Part shown: positions 39,801-53,780 of the stretch, one piece after another
Layout of the letters: each line of letters opens with the position of its first letter
Numbering within the stretch: the first letter of the stretch is position 1
Source of the DNA: Eledone cirrhosa
Lineage: Eukaryota
Assembly: GCA_964016885.1 (NCBI GenBank)
Contig: OZ024765.1
Location: forward strand, 7,750,001 to 7,814,000
DNA: 64,000 nt
Reading direction: 5' to 3'
The notes under the pieces: generated by a model
The model's input: the letters and a program-made list of their open reading frames with translations, nothing else
Databases searched by the model: none
What the model was told of the DNA's origin: nothing
Made by a program: the position numbers and the translations under genes

Positions 39801-42800
39801 ACATCACGGCAAGATCTAATCTAATAGATACACACACTCTCCCGTATATATTTAATAATCAGCTATGACCATGAAGAAGGTCCCTGTAGATCATCTGGTT
39901 GTAGGATCTAATGAACCCGAATGAAAGTGAAAATATATTTTATGAAAGCCCCAGAAGAATAAATGTAAACATTGACTCGATTATAGTAGAAATAAGAATG
40001 AGAAAGCCATGAACGCCATCACATCTATTTTGCTTGGAAATTGAAAGTAGGTTTATAAATATAAATTTTTTCTTATGTTCTTGTATCTGTTTCGTTGGCC
40101 TAATGGTAGGTGTTAGAGACTGATGTGGTGTTCAATCTCAGTCCGAATCTGTACTATATATTTTAAAATTTAAATTTTTCTCTAGCAAAGTAAAAAATGA
40201 AATTATTACCTATAGACTTTGACTGAGATCGAAACTCAGAGCAGGTTCTCCACCGTCTCTAATACCTACCATTAGGCCACGGAGACAGATATAAAAACAG
40301 TGTGAAAATTAATATTTATAAAGTTACTTTTTTATTTTTGTTTTATACTATAAAAAATCTAATACGACACACTGCCAGTGATTGAACCCCGGACCTGGAC
40401 CTCCACCGGCTCTTATACTTACCACTAAGCTAAAGGGACGGTTACAGAAACTTACTGAAAATTAATATTTATAAACCTACTTTTTCATTACTAGAAAAAA
40501 CCGGAAGTGGAGAAAATTGAAAAACATCTTCTTTTTCTTCCTCTGATTTTTTTTTTATCCAAAATTTGGATTTAAGTCAGAGACGAGTTATCGTTCGTGG
40601 CAAAAATCAGAGGAAGAAAAAGAAGAAGTTTTTCAATTTTCTCCACTTCCGGTTTTTTCTAGTATAGGTAAGTAAATATTAATTTTCAAAAAATTTTTGT
40701 AACCGTCCCTGTGGCCTAATGGTAAGCACTAGAGACGGTGGAGATCCTGATTTAGGGTTCGATTTCCGTTAGGTTTTATACTAATAACTGCGTATTTGTT
40801 TCTTTTATTAAGTAAGATTTGAACTAATAATGCTGTACTTTGTAGTAATGTCCCATATTATATTCAACATATTTTAATTAACATTTTTTTTTTTTATAAA
40901 AGAAAGAACAAAAAAACCTTATTGAAATTAAGAAATGAATTTTATTCAGTAAAGTTGTTTATATTTTGTTTTCACTTCATTAACTGCTGAATACGTCTTT
41001 TGTTTTTGTTTTTGATTCTTTCTAACCATTGTTTACTGTGAATGGTGACTGCAACGAACCTGGATTATTACCAAGTTTCACTGGATGATTGTATTATTTT
41101 GTTGTCAGTGGACATCTGGACATCTATCTAAATACCTGGAATAAACACAAGGTGTGTGTTTTACGTAACATTTCATTTTAATGTCTGATGTTCCTGTATT
41201 TCACATTTAAAATGTAACCAAAAATAAACAAGACAGGGACGCTACATCAAAATAAACCACACAGACGAGGTACGAATAATCTAAAATTAATTTTAACAAA
41301 CTATAAACGATGTTTAAAGAGAGACGAACATTAAAATAGGATTTCAAACAAACACGTAAACACAAAGACAATTACAGCCGCCATAATCTAATATCTGAAG
41401 ATCAACATTTTTCACGATAGAAATAAAACTAAATATGTAAAGTTTAGTGGCCCCTGATTTACTTGCTTTTAATTTCATTTTGATAATCTGTATTGTATTC
41501 TGTAGACATATATTTATGATTTTAATGATGAAATTTCCTCTTGTCTTTAAAAGATTATTACTTATAAAAATTATAATAGTCACCTCCTCCTCTCGATTAA
41601 TATGTAGCTTACCCACAGGGGTTCCTCAACTGGGCGGTTTCAACTGTTGGGTGGGCGATGAGCAGCTGAACAGAAAATTGAGGGCCATTGGAAACTTTGG
41701 TGGCCGATATAGAATTTTGAGATTTAAGAAGGTATGCTACCCGAAAACCTATTCAAGGAATATATGCAAAGAACCTGAATAAAAATCAGGAAGCTAATTG
41801 GGAAAATTAAACCAGGAACAAACATTTACGAAACATATTTGGTATACTTTGGAATATTTACTATACAGGTGGCTGGTGGAACATTTTTTCATGTGAATGT
41901 GGGAAATGACGCCAAAATATTTGGCAACCCTTGGCTTACACCTTACTAAATGTTCTGGAGACAAGCCTCTTAGCTATATATCATAGTTCTTCAATCCTTC
42001 ATCTTCCACAGTTGGTGAAGTATTTCGATTTGATATGACGATCGCAGAGTTAGATTTAGGACGTGGTGGCGTTCATGGGTTTCTTAGTGTTGTTACTAGA
42101 AAGGGTCGACTCTGTCTTTCACACTTCAGGTTTTTTCATGAATTAAATATCCATTTTCTTTCTGATCGGTCTAACAATGATTTCAACCTACAATGACTCC
42201 GTCTGTAATAATGTTCTCTTATTTGAAATATGCCATACCTAACTCCCGTGTGTGTGTGTGTGAAAAATATTCCAACTTAGAGCGACGTGCCCGTAAATTG
42301 TTTAGCCTGATTCCTATATATAGATAATGTGTAATATTTGAACCTTCATGTAGGGTCTTTGACGTAATTTCCCGTAACTCCGACTAGAAGTCATTATGTA
42401 GTTTTTTCGTCCGTTAAAAATAATGATTAAAACAATTCTATATCCACAGTTATATACACCTCTTCATCACATATTATATTATTTCCACCAATAACTACAT
42501 TATATCCTTAAATATGACACCAAGACATATAATTTGTAAATAAAAGATAAAATATTAAAACCTCAATTTTTAAATAATTTTACTCCACCTTTGTGTTCTC
42601 AGTGTTTAGATTAACCCATAATTTTTATGATTTGGGAGCATATAACTTATAGTACCAGTCATGTACTGGGATCAATTTAACGGATTGGTTCCTCCCCGCA
42701 AATTACTTGACTTTTGCCTAAGTAAGACATACTCACAGAATGTATCGATGTATATGTATGAATGTATATATATAATAATATATATATATATATTTGTATA

Positions 42801-45800
42801 TTTTATGTTTACAATAAAAATAGACAAACAATTTAATGATAATATGAAATGAAATTATTATTATTTATTAATAATATTTTTATTGTTTTCACTGCATTAA
42901 CTTCTGAGTGTGACTTTGGTTTTCTTACTATTTTCTACTGTAAATGGCGGCTTAATTGGATTATTACTAAGGTTTACTGGATTGTGGTGTTTCTTTATTG
43001 TTTTATATTTCAATCAGTGGACATCAGGATAGCTTTCTATATACCTGGGATAAATGTAAAGAGTACTGACTTTCATCTGCAGTTCAATGGTGATGTCTTC
43101 TTATATTTTCATTTACTTCTGCAATACTGTATATTGTAGTCTTTTCATTATTTTAAATATTTCTATCATGTCACTCGTTTGATATATCTCCCCGAAAGAT
43201 ATAGTTATTCAGAGCTTTACATTGGAATAGTGTACTACTATTTAAATATTAGTCCTTTAAATATATATTTCTATCATGCCCCCCCCCCCCCCCCCACCTT
43301 CTTAGATTTATCTTTTCTAAATTTGCAATCCCTAAAGTTTAACATCTGTCTTCAGAAGACAGATTTCTTAATAATTCTGGTGTTTTCTGTTTTGTTCTTT
43401 TCTGGATTCCTTCAATAGCTTCTCCGTATTTTCTGAAGTCGTCTGACCATGCCCCAAAACAATATTCTAGGTCGTATCACACATATCATTCAACTAGTGT
43501 TTTAGACTTCTCGACATTTAGCTTGGCAAAGGAATGTTTTATTATTCCTATCATCTGAATTCCTTTTTTTTCTTCAACATGTTTAGCCATCTTTAAAATC
43601 ATATTCATACATATTCACAATTCCTCGTGGAGGGGTATAAGAGACATGTATAATAATAGCTGCATATTACTACAAAATAACTTGAACCATATCGCGAAAC
43701 ATTTTGTAAAGTATCTCTGTAATTATTCTCATTTCGATTTTCTGGAGAATGTATTGACGTTTAAGATAGAGACAATTGCCCTTCTTCTAATAACCTCTTT
43801 GTCCATTCCATGTTTAGTCTCACAAAATATTGTTAATGCAAGATTTTACTCTAATGTAATAAATGTTACTTTTAAAAGACCGAAGTTCTCAATTTTCTTC
43901 TTTCTCTTGTATATTGATATCTAAAGGATGACAAATGTATAAATTATGTGACAGGGAGGAAAAAAAAAAGCCACGACCTTCTTCTCTCGTTACAGAAGGC
44001 TAACTGACAACGTCTTTCGCAGGAGTGACTAGTACTACTGCCTTTTATATACCGTGACAACTGGAAAGACGTGACAAATAAGGATACACTCTGCTCTCCT
44101 TATCAACATTGTCCGAGTCTGAGGGCCTTTCCTCCCTGGTTAAGGAGTGAGATAAAATATTAGGGATCAATCTCTAGCAATAATTTTTATCTAATTATTA
44201 TCAAACAAAACAGATTTATATATTGTCGCCGTTGTACGTTAAAATCGCAAATATATTTATATACACACCAAGGATGGAGGGACGACGGAATTGAAAACAA
44301 TTATTGCTGAGTACATCACGGCAAGATCTAATCTAATAGATACACACACTCTCCCGTATATATTTAATAATCAGCTATGACCATGAAGAAGGTCCCTGTA
44401 GATCATCTGGTTGTAGGATCTAATGAACCCGAATGAAAGTGAAAATATATTTTATGAAAGCCCCAGAAGAATAAATGTAAACATTGACTCGATTATAGTA
44501 GAAATAAGAATGAGAAAGCCATGAACGCCATCACATCTATTTTGCTTGGAAATTGAAAGTAGGTTTATAAATATAAATTTTTTCTTATGTTCTTGTATCT
44601 GTTTCGTTGGCCTAATGGTAGGTGTTAGAGACTATGTAGACACTGATGTGGTGTTCAATCTCAGTCCGAATCCGTACTATATATTTTAAAATTTAAATTT
44701 TTCTCTAGCAAAGTAAAAAATGAAATTATTACCTATAGACTTTGACTGAGATCGAAACTCAGAGCAGGTTCTCCACCGTCTCTAATACCTACCATTAGGC
44801 CACGGAGACAGATATAAAAACAGTGTGAAAATTAATATTTATAAAGTTACTTTTTTATTTTTGTTTTATACTATAAAAAATCTAATACGACACACTGCCA
44901 GTGATTGAACCCCGGACCTGGACCTCCACCGGCTCTTATACTTACCACTAAGCTAAAGGGACGGTTACAGAAACTTACTGAAAATTAATATTTATAAACC
45001 TACTTTTTCATTACTAGAAAAAACCGGAAGTGGAGAAAATTGAAAAACATCTTCTTTTTCTTCCTCTGATTTTTTTTTATCCAAAATTTGGATTTAAGTC
45101 AGAGACGAGTTATCGTTCGTGGCAAAAATCAGAGGAAGAAAAAGAAGAAGTTTTTCAATTTTCTCCACTTCCGGTTTTTTCTAGTATAGGTAAGTAAATA
45201 TTAATTTTCAAAAAATTTTTGTAACCGTCCCTGTGGCCTAATGGTAAGCACTAGAGACGGTGGAGATCCTGATTTAGGGTTCGATTTCCGTTAGGTTTTA
45301 TACTAATAACTGCGTATTTGTTTCTTTTATTAAGTAAGATTTGAACTAATAATGCTGTACTTTGTAGTAATGTCCCATATTATATTCAACATATTTTAAT
45401 TAACATGTTTTCTTTTTATAAAAGAAAGAACAAAAAATCTTATTGAAATTAAGAAATGAATTTTATTCAGTAAAGTTGTTTTTATTTTGTTTTCACTTCA
45501 TTAACTGCTGAATACGTCTTTTGTTTTTGTTTTTGATTCTTTCTAACCATTGTTTACTGTGAATGGTGACTGCAACGAACCTGGATTATTACCAAGTTTC
45601 ACTGGATGATTGTATTATTTTGTTGTCAGTGGACATCTGGACATCTATCTAAATACCTGGAATAAACACAAGGTGTGTGTTTTACGTAACATTTCATTTT
45701 AATGTCTGATGTTCCTGTATTTCACATTTAAAATGTAACCAAAAATAAACAAGACAGGGACGCTACATCAAAATAAACCACACAGACGAGGTACGAATAA

Positions 45801-48800
45801 TCTAAAATTAATTTTAACAAACTATAAACGATGTTTAAAGAGAGACGAACATTAAAATAGGATTTCAAACAAACACGTAAACACAAAGACAATTACAGCC
45901 GCCATAATCTAATATCTGAAGATCAACATTTTTCACGATAGAAATAAAACTAAATATGTAAAGTTTAGTGGCCCCTGATTTACTTGCTTTTAATTTCATT
46001 TTGATAATCTGTATTGTATTCTGTAGACATATATTTATGATTTTAATGATGAAATTTCCTCTTGTCTTTAAAAGATTATTACTTATAAAAATTATAATAG
46101 TCACCTCCTCCTCTCGATTAATATGTAGCTTACCCACAGGGGTTCCTCAACTGGGCGGTTTCAACTGTTGGGTGGGCGATGAGCAGCTGAACAGAAAATT
46201 GAGGGCCATTGGAAACTTTGGTGGCCGATATAGAATTTTGAGATTTAAGAAGGTATGCTACCCGAAAACCTATTCAAGGAATATATGCAAAGAACCTGAA
46301 TAAAAATCAGGAAGCTAATTGGGAAAATTAAACCAGGAACAAACATTTACGAAACATATTTGGTATACTTTGGAATATTTACTATACAGGTGGCTGGTGG
46401 AACATTTTTTCATGTGAATGTGGGAAATGACGCCAAAATATTTGGCAACCCTTGGCTTACACCTTACTAAATGTTCTGGAGACAAGCCTCTTAGCTATAT
46501 ATCATAGTTCTTCAATCCTTCATCTTCCACAGTTGGTGAAGTATTTCGATTTGATATGACGATCGCAGAGTTAGATTTAGGACGTGGTGGCGTTCATGGG
46601 TTTCTTAGTGTTGTTACTAGAAAGGGTCGACTCTGTCTTTCACACTTCAGGTTTATTCATGAATTAAATATCCATTTTCTTTCTGATCGGTCTAACAATG
46701 ATTTCAACCTACAATGACTCCGTCTGTAATAATGTTCTCTTATTTGAAATATGTCATACCTAACTCCCGTGTCTGTGTGTGTGAAAAATATTCCAACTTA
46801 GAGCGACGTGCCCGTAAATTGTTTAGCCTGATTCCTATATATAGATAATGTGTAATATTTGAACCTTCATGGAGGGTCTTTGCCGTAATTTCCCGTAACT
46901 CCGACTAGAAGTCATTATGTAGTTTTTTCGTCCGTTAAAAATAATGATTAAAACAATTCTATATCCACAGTTATATACACCTCTTCATCACATATTATAT
47001 TATTTCCACCAATAACTACATTATATCCTTAAATATGACACCAAGACATATAATTTGTAAATAAAAGATAAAATATTAAAACCTCAATTTTTAAATAATT
47101 TTACTGCACCTTTGTGTTCTCAGTGTTTAGATTAACCCATAATTTTTATGATTTGGGAGCATATAACTTATAGTACCAGTCATGTACTGGGATCAATTTA
47201 ACGGATTGGTTCCTCCCCGCAAAATACTTGACTTTTGCCTAAGTAAGACATACTCACAGAATGTATCGATGTATATATATATATTAGTATATTTTATGTT
47301 TACAATAAAAATAGACAAACAATTTAATGATAATATGAAATGAAATTATTATTATTTATTAATAATATTTTTATTGTTTTCACTGCATTAACTTCTGAGT
47401 GTGACTTTGGTTTTCTTACTATTTTCTACTGTAAATGGCGGCTTAATTGGATTATTACTAAGGTTTACTGGATTGTGGTGTTTCTTTATTGTTTTATATT
47501 TCAATCAGTGGACATCAGGATAGCTTTCTATATACCTGGGATAAATGTAAAGAGTACTGACTTTCATCTGCAGTTCAATGGTGATGTCTTCTTATATTTT
47601 CATTTACTTCTGCAATACTGTATATTGTAGTCTTTTCATTATTTTAAATATTTCTATCATGTCACTCGTTTGATATATCTCCCCGAAAGATATAGTTATT
47701 CAGAGCTTTACATTGGAATAGTGTACTACTATTTAAATATTAGTCCTTTAAATATATATTTCTATCATGCCCCCCCCCCCCCCCCACCTTCTTAGATTTA
47801 TCTCCTCTAAATTTGCAATCCCTAAAGTTTAACATCTGTCTTCAGAAGACAGATTTCTTAATAATTCTGGTGTTTTCTGTTTTGTTCTTTTCTGGATTCC
47901 TTCAATAGCTTCTCCGTATTTTCTGAAGTCGTCTGACCATGCCCCAAAACAATATTCTAGGTCGTATCACACATATCATTCAACTAGTGTTTTAGACTTC
48001 TCGACATTTAGCTTGGCAAAGGAATGTTTTATTATTCCTATCATCTGAATTCCTTTTTTTTCTTCAACATGTTTAGCCATCTTTAAAATCATATTCATAC
48101 ATATTCACAATTCCTCGTGGAGGGGTATAAGAGACATGTATAATAATAGCTGCATATTACTACAAAATAACTTGAACCATATCGCGAAACATTTTGTAAA
48201 GTATCTCTGTAATTATTCTCATTTCGATTTTCTGGAGAATGTATTGACGTTTAAGATAGAGACAATTGCCCTTCTTCTAATAACCTCTTTGTCCATTCCA
48301 TGTTTAGTCTCACAAAATATTGTTAATGCAAGATTTTACTCTAATGTAATAAATGTTACTTTTAAAAGACCGAAGTTCTCAATTTTCTTCTTTCTCTTGT
48401 ATATTGATATCTAAAGGATGACAAATGTATAAATTATGTGACAGGGAGGAAAAAAAAAAGCCACGACCTTCTTCTCTCGTTACAGAAGGCTAACTGACAA
48501 CGTCTTTCGCAGGAGTGACTAGTACTACTGCCTTTTATATACCGTGACAACTGGAAAGACGTGACAAATAAGGATACACTCTGCTCTCCTTATCAACATT
48601 GTCCGAGTCTGAGGGCCTTTCCTCCCTGGTTAAGGAGTGAGATAAAATATTAGGGATCAATCTCTAGCAATAATTTTTATCTAATTATTATCAAACAAAA
48701 CAGATTTATATATTGTCGCCGTTGTACGTTAAAATCGCAAATATATTTATATACACACCAAGGATGGAGGGACGACGGAATTGAAAACAATTATTGCTGA

Positions 48801-51800
48801 GTACATCACGGCAAGATCTAATCTAATAGATACACACACTCTCCCGTATATATTTAATAATCAGCTATGACCATGAAGAAGGTCCCTGTAGATCATCTGG
48901 TTGTAGGATCTAATGAACCCGAATGAAAGTGAAAATATATTTTATGAAAGCCCCAGAAGAATAAATGTAAACATTGACTCGATTATAGTAGAAATAAGAA
49001 TGAGAAAGCCATGAACGCCATCACATCTATTTTGCTTGGAAATTGAAAGTAGGTTTATAAATATAAATTTTTTCTTATGTTCTTGTATCTGTTTCGTTGG
49101 CCTAATGGTAGGTGTTAGAGACTATGTAGACACTGATGTGGTGTTCAATCTCAGTCCGAATCCGTACTATATATTTTAAAATTTAAATTTTTCTCTAGCA
49201 AAGTAAAAAATGAAATTATTACCTATAGACTTTGACTGAGATCGAAACTCAGAGCAGGTTCTCCACCGTCTCTAATACCTACCATTAGGCCACGGAGACA
49301 GATATAAAAACAGTGTGAAAATTAATATTTATAAAGTTACTTTTTTATTTTTGTTTTATACTATAAAAAATCTAATACGACACACTGCCAGTGATTGAAC
49401 CCCGGACCTGGACCTCCACCGGCTCTTATACTTACCACTAAGCTAAAGGGACGGTTACAGAAACTTACTGAAAATTAATATTTATAAACCTACTTTTTCA
49501 TTACTAGAAAAAACCGGAAGTGGAGAAAATTGAAAAACATCTTCTTTTTCTTCCTCTGATTTTTTTTTATCCAAAATTTGGATTTAAGTCAGAGACGAGT
49601 TATCGTTCGTGGCAAAAATCAGAGGAAGAAAAAGAAGAAGTTTTTCAATTTTCTCCACTTCCGGTTTTTTCTAGTATAGGTAAGTAAATATTAATTTTCA
49701 AAAAATTTTTGTAACCGTCCCTGTGGCCTAATGGTAAGCACTAGAGACGGTGGAGATCCTGATTTAGGGTTCGATTTCCGTTAGGTTTTATACTAATAAC
49801 TGCGTATTTGTTTCTTTTATTAAGTAAGATTTGAACTAATAATGCTGTACTTTGTAGTAATGTCCCATATTATATTCAACATATTTTAATTAACATGTTT
49901 TCTTTTTATAAAAGAAAGAACAAAAAATCTTATTGAAATTAAGAAATGAATTTTATTCAGTAAAGTTGTTTTTATTTTGTTTTCACTTCATTAACTGCTG
50001 AATACGTCTTTTGTTTTTGTTTTTGATTCTTTCTAACCATTGTTTACTGTGAATGGTGACTGCAACGAACCTGGATTATTACCAAGTTTCACTGGATGAT
50101 TGTATTATTTTGTTGTCAGTGGACATCTGGACATCTATCTAAATACCTGGAATAAACACAAGGTGTGTGTTTTACGTAACATTTCATTTTAATGTCTGAT
50201 GTTCCTGTATTTCACATTTAAAATGTAACCAAAAATAAACAAGACAGGGACGCTACATCAAAATAAACCACACAGACGAGGTACGAATAATCTAAAATTA
50301 ATTTTAACAAACTATAAACGATGTTTAAAGAGAGACGAACATTAAAATAGGATTTCAAACAAACACGTAAACACAAAGACAATTACAGCCGCCATAATCT
50401 AATATCTGAAGATCAACATTTTTCACGATAGAAATAAAACTAAATATGTAAAGTTTAGTGGCCCCTGATTTACTTGCTTTTAATTTCATTTTGATAATCT
50501 GTATTGTATTCTGTAGACATATATTTATGATTTTAATGATGAAATTTCCTCTTGTCTTTAAAAGATTATTACTTATAAAAATTATAATAGTCACCTCCTC
50601 CTCTCGATTAATATGTAGCTTACCCACAGGGGTTCCTCAACTGGGCGGTTTCAACTGTTGGGTGGGTGATGAGCAGCTGAACAGAAAATTGAGGGCCATT
50701 GGAAACTTTGGTGGCCGATATAGAATTTTGAGATTTAAGAAGGTATGCTACCCGAAAACCTATTCAAGGAATATATGCAAAGAACCTGAATAAAAATCAG
50801 GAAGCTAATTGGGAAAATTAAACCAGGATCAAACATTTACGAAACATATTTGGTATACTTTGGAATATTTACTATACAGGTGGCTGGTGGAACATTTTTT
50901 CATGTGAATGTGGGAAATGACGCCAAAATATTTGGCAACCCTTGGCTTACACCTTACTAAATGTTCTGGAGACAAGCCTCTTAGCTATATATCATAGTTC
51001 TTCAATCCTTCATCTTCCACAGTTGGTGAAGTATTTCGATTTGATATGACGATCGCAGAGTTAGATTTAGGACGTGGTGGCGTTCATGGGTTTCTTAGTG
51101 TTGTTACTAGAAAGGGTCGACTCTGTCTTTCACACTTCAGGTTTTTTCATGAATTAAATATCCATTTTCTTTCTGATCGGTCTAACAATGATTTCAACCT
51201 ACAATGACTCCGTCTGTAATAATGTTCTCTTATTTGAAATATGCCATACCTAACTCCCGTGTGTGTGTGTGTGAAAAATATTCCAACTTAGAGCGACGTG
51301 CCCGTAAATTGTTTAGCCTGATTCCTATATATAGATAATGTGTAATATTTGAACCTTCATGGAGGGTCTTTGCGGTAATTTCCCGTAACTCCGACTAGAA
51401 GTCATTATGTAGTTTTTTCGTCCGTTAAAAATAATGATTAAAACAATTCTATATCCACAGTTATATACACCTCTTCATCACATATTATATTATTTCCACC
51501 AATAACTACATTATATCCTTAAATATGACACCAAGACATATAATTTGTAAATAAAAGATAAAATATTAAAACCTCAATTTTTAAATAATTTTACTCCACC
51601 TTTGTGTTCTCAGTGTTAAGATTAACCCATAATTTTTATGATTTGGGAGCATATAACTTATAGTACCAGTCATGTACTGGGATCAATTTAACGGATTGGT
51701 TCCTCCCCGCAAAATACTTGACTTTTGCCTAAGTAAGACATACTCACAGAATGTATCGATGTATATATATATATTAGTATATTTTATGTTTACAATAAAA

Positions 51801-52165
51801 ATAGACAAACAATTTAATGATAATATGAAATGAAATTATTATTATTTATTAATAATATTTTTATTGTTTTCACTGCATTAACTTCTGAGTGTGACTTTGT
51901 TTTTCTTACTATTTTCTACTGTAAATGGCGGCTTAATTGGATTATTACTAAGGTTTACTGGATTGTGGTGTTTCTTTATTGTTTTATATTTCAATCAGTG
52001 GACATCAGGATAGCTTTCTATATACCTGGGATAAATGTAAAGAGTACTGACTTTCATCTGCAGTTCAATGGTGATGTCTTCTTATATTTTCATTTACTTC
52101 TGCAATACTGTATATTGTAGTCTTTTCATTATTTTAAATATTTCTATCATGTCACTCGTTTGATA

Positions 52166-53780
52166 TATCTCCCCGAAAGATATAGTTATTCAGAGCTTTA
52201 CATTGGAATAGTGTACTACTATTTAAATATTAGTCCTTTAAATATATATTTCTATCATGTTCCTTGGCTTACACCTTACTAAATGTTCTGGAGACAAGCC
52301 TCTTAGCTATATATCATAGTTCTTCAATCCTTCATCTTCCACAGTTGAAGTATTTCGATTTGATATGACGATCGCAGAGTTAGATTTAGGACGTGGTGGC
52401 GTTCATGGGTTTCTTAGTGTTGTTACTAGAAAGGGTCGACTCTGTCTTTCACACTTCAGGTTTATTCATGAATTAAATATCCATTTTCTTTCTGATCGGT
52501 CTAACAATGATTTGAACCTACAATGACTCCGTCTGTAATAATGTTCTCTTATTTGAAATATGTCGTACCTAACTCCCGTGTCTGTGTGTGTGAAAAATAT
52601 TCCAACTTAGAGCGACGTTCCCGTAAATTGTTTAGCCTGATTCCTATATATAGATAATGTGTAATACTTGAACCTTCATTGAGGGTCTTTGCAGTAATTT
52701 CCCGTAACTCCGACTAGAAGTCATTATGTAGTTTTTTCGTCCGTTAAAAATAATGATTAAAACAATTCTATATCCACAGTTATATACACCTCTTCATCAC
52801 ATATATTATTTCTACCAATAACTACATTATATCCTTAAATATGACACCAAGATAAAATATTAAAACCTCAATTTTTAAATAATTTTACCCCACCTTTATG
52901 TTCTCAGTGTTTAGATTAATCCATAATTTTATGATTTTGGAGCAGATAACTTATAGTACCAGTCATGTACTGGGATCAATTTAACGGATTGGTTCCTCCC
53001 CGCAAATTACTTGACTTTTGCCTAAGTAAGACATACTCACAGAATGTATCGATGTATATGTATGAATCTATATATATAATAATAATAATATATATATATA
53101 TATTTGTATATTTTATGTTTACAATAAAAATAGACAAACAATTTAATGATAATATGAAATGAAATTATTATTATTTATTAATAATATTTTTATTGTTTTC
53201 ACTGCATTAACTTCTGAGTGTGACTTTGTTTTTCTTACTATTTTCTACTGTAAATGGCGGCTTAATTGGATTATTACTAAGGTTTACTGGATTGTGGTGT
53301 TTCTTTATTGTTTTATATTTCAATCAGTGGACATCAGGATAGCTTTCTATATACCTGGGATAAATGTAAAGAGTACTGACTTTCATCTGCAGTTCAATGG
53401 TGATGTCTTCTTATATTTACATTTACCTCTGCAATACTGTATATTGTAGTCTTTTCTTTATTTTAAATATTTCTATCATGTCACTCGTTTGATATATCTC
53501 CCCGAAAGATGTAGTTATTCAGGGCTTTACATTGGAATAATGTACTACTATTTAAATATTAGTCCTTTAAATATATATTTCTATCATGTCCCCCCACCCT
53601 CTTAGATGTATCTCCTCTAAATTTGCAATCCCTAATTTTTAACAGATTTCTTAATAGTTCTGGTGTTTTCTGTTTTGTTCTTTTCTGGATTCCTTCAATA
53701 GCTTCTCCGTATTTTCTGAAGTCCTGTGACCATGCCCCAAAATAATATTCTAGGTGGTATCACACATATCATTCAACTAT
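52166..53780. repeat. Tenth unit with a ~3.15-kb internal deletion, plus the start of an eleventh
   Basis: The junction tctatcatgt-t-ccttggcttacacc at 52251-52275 joins the unit-1 equivalents ~11899 and ~15054; the anchor reappears at 53495. Confidence 0.9.

Larger units (their letters stand above)
11805..52165. repeat. Macrosatellite: nine head-to-tail near-identical units of ~4.46-4.51 kb
   Basis: Anchor tatctccccgaaagat at 11805, 16294, 20766, 25244, 29736, 34211, 38675, 43185, 47676 and 52166; the ORF track repeats with the same period. Confidence 0.99.

Noticed and set aside
11805-52165. rDNA, 5S or histone gene array
   Set aside because: No rRNA-like or histone-coding sequence is recognisable in the unit on either strand.
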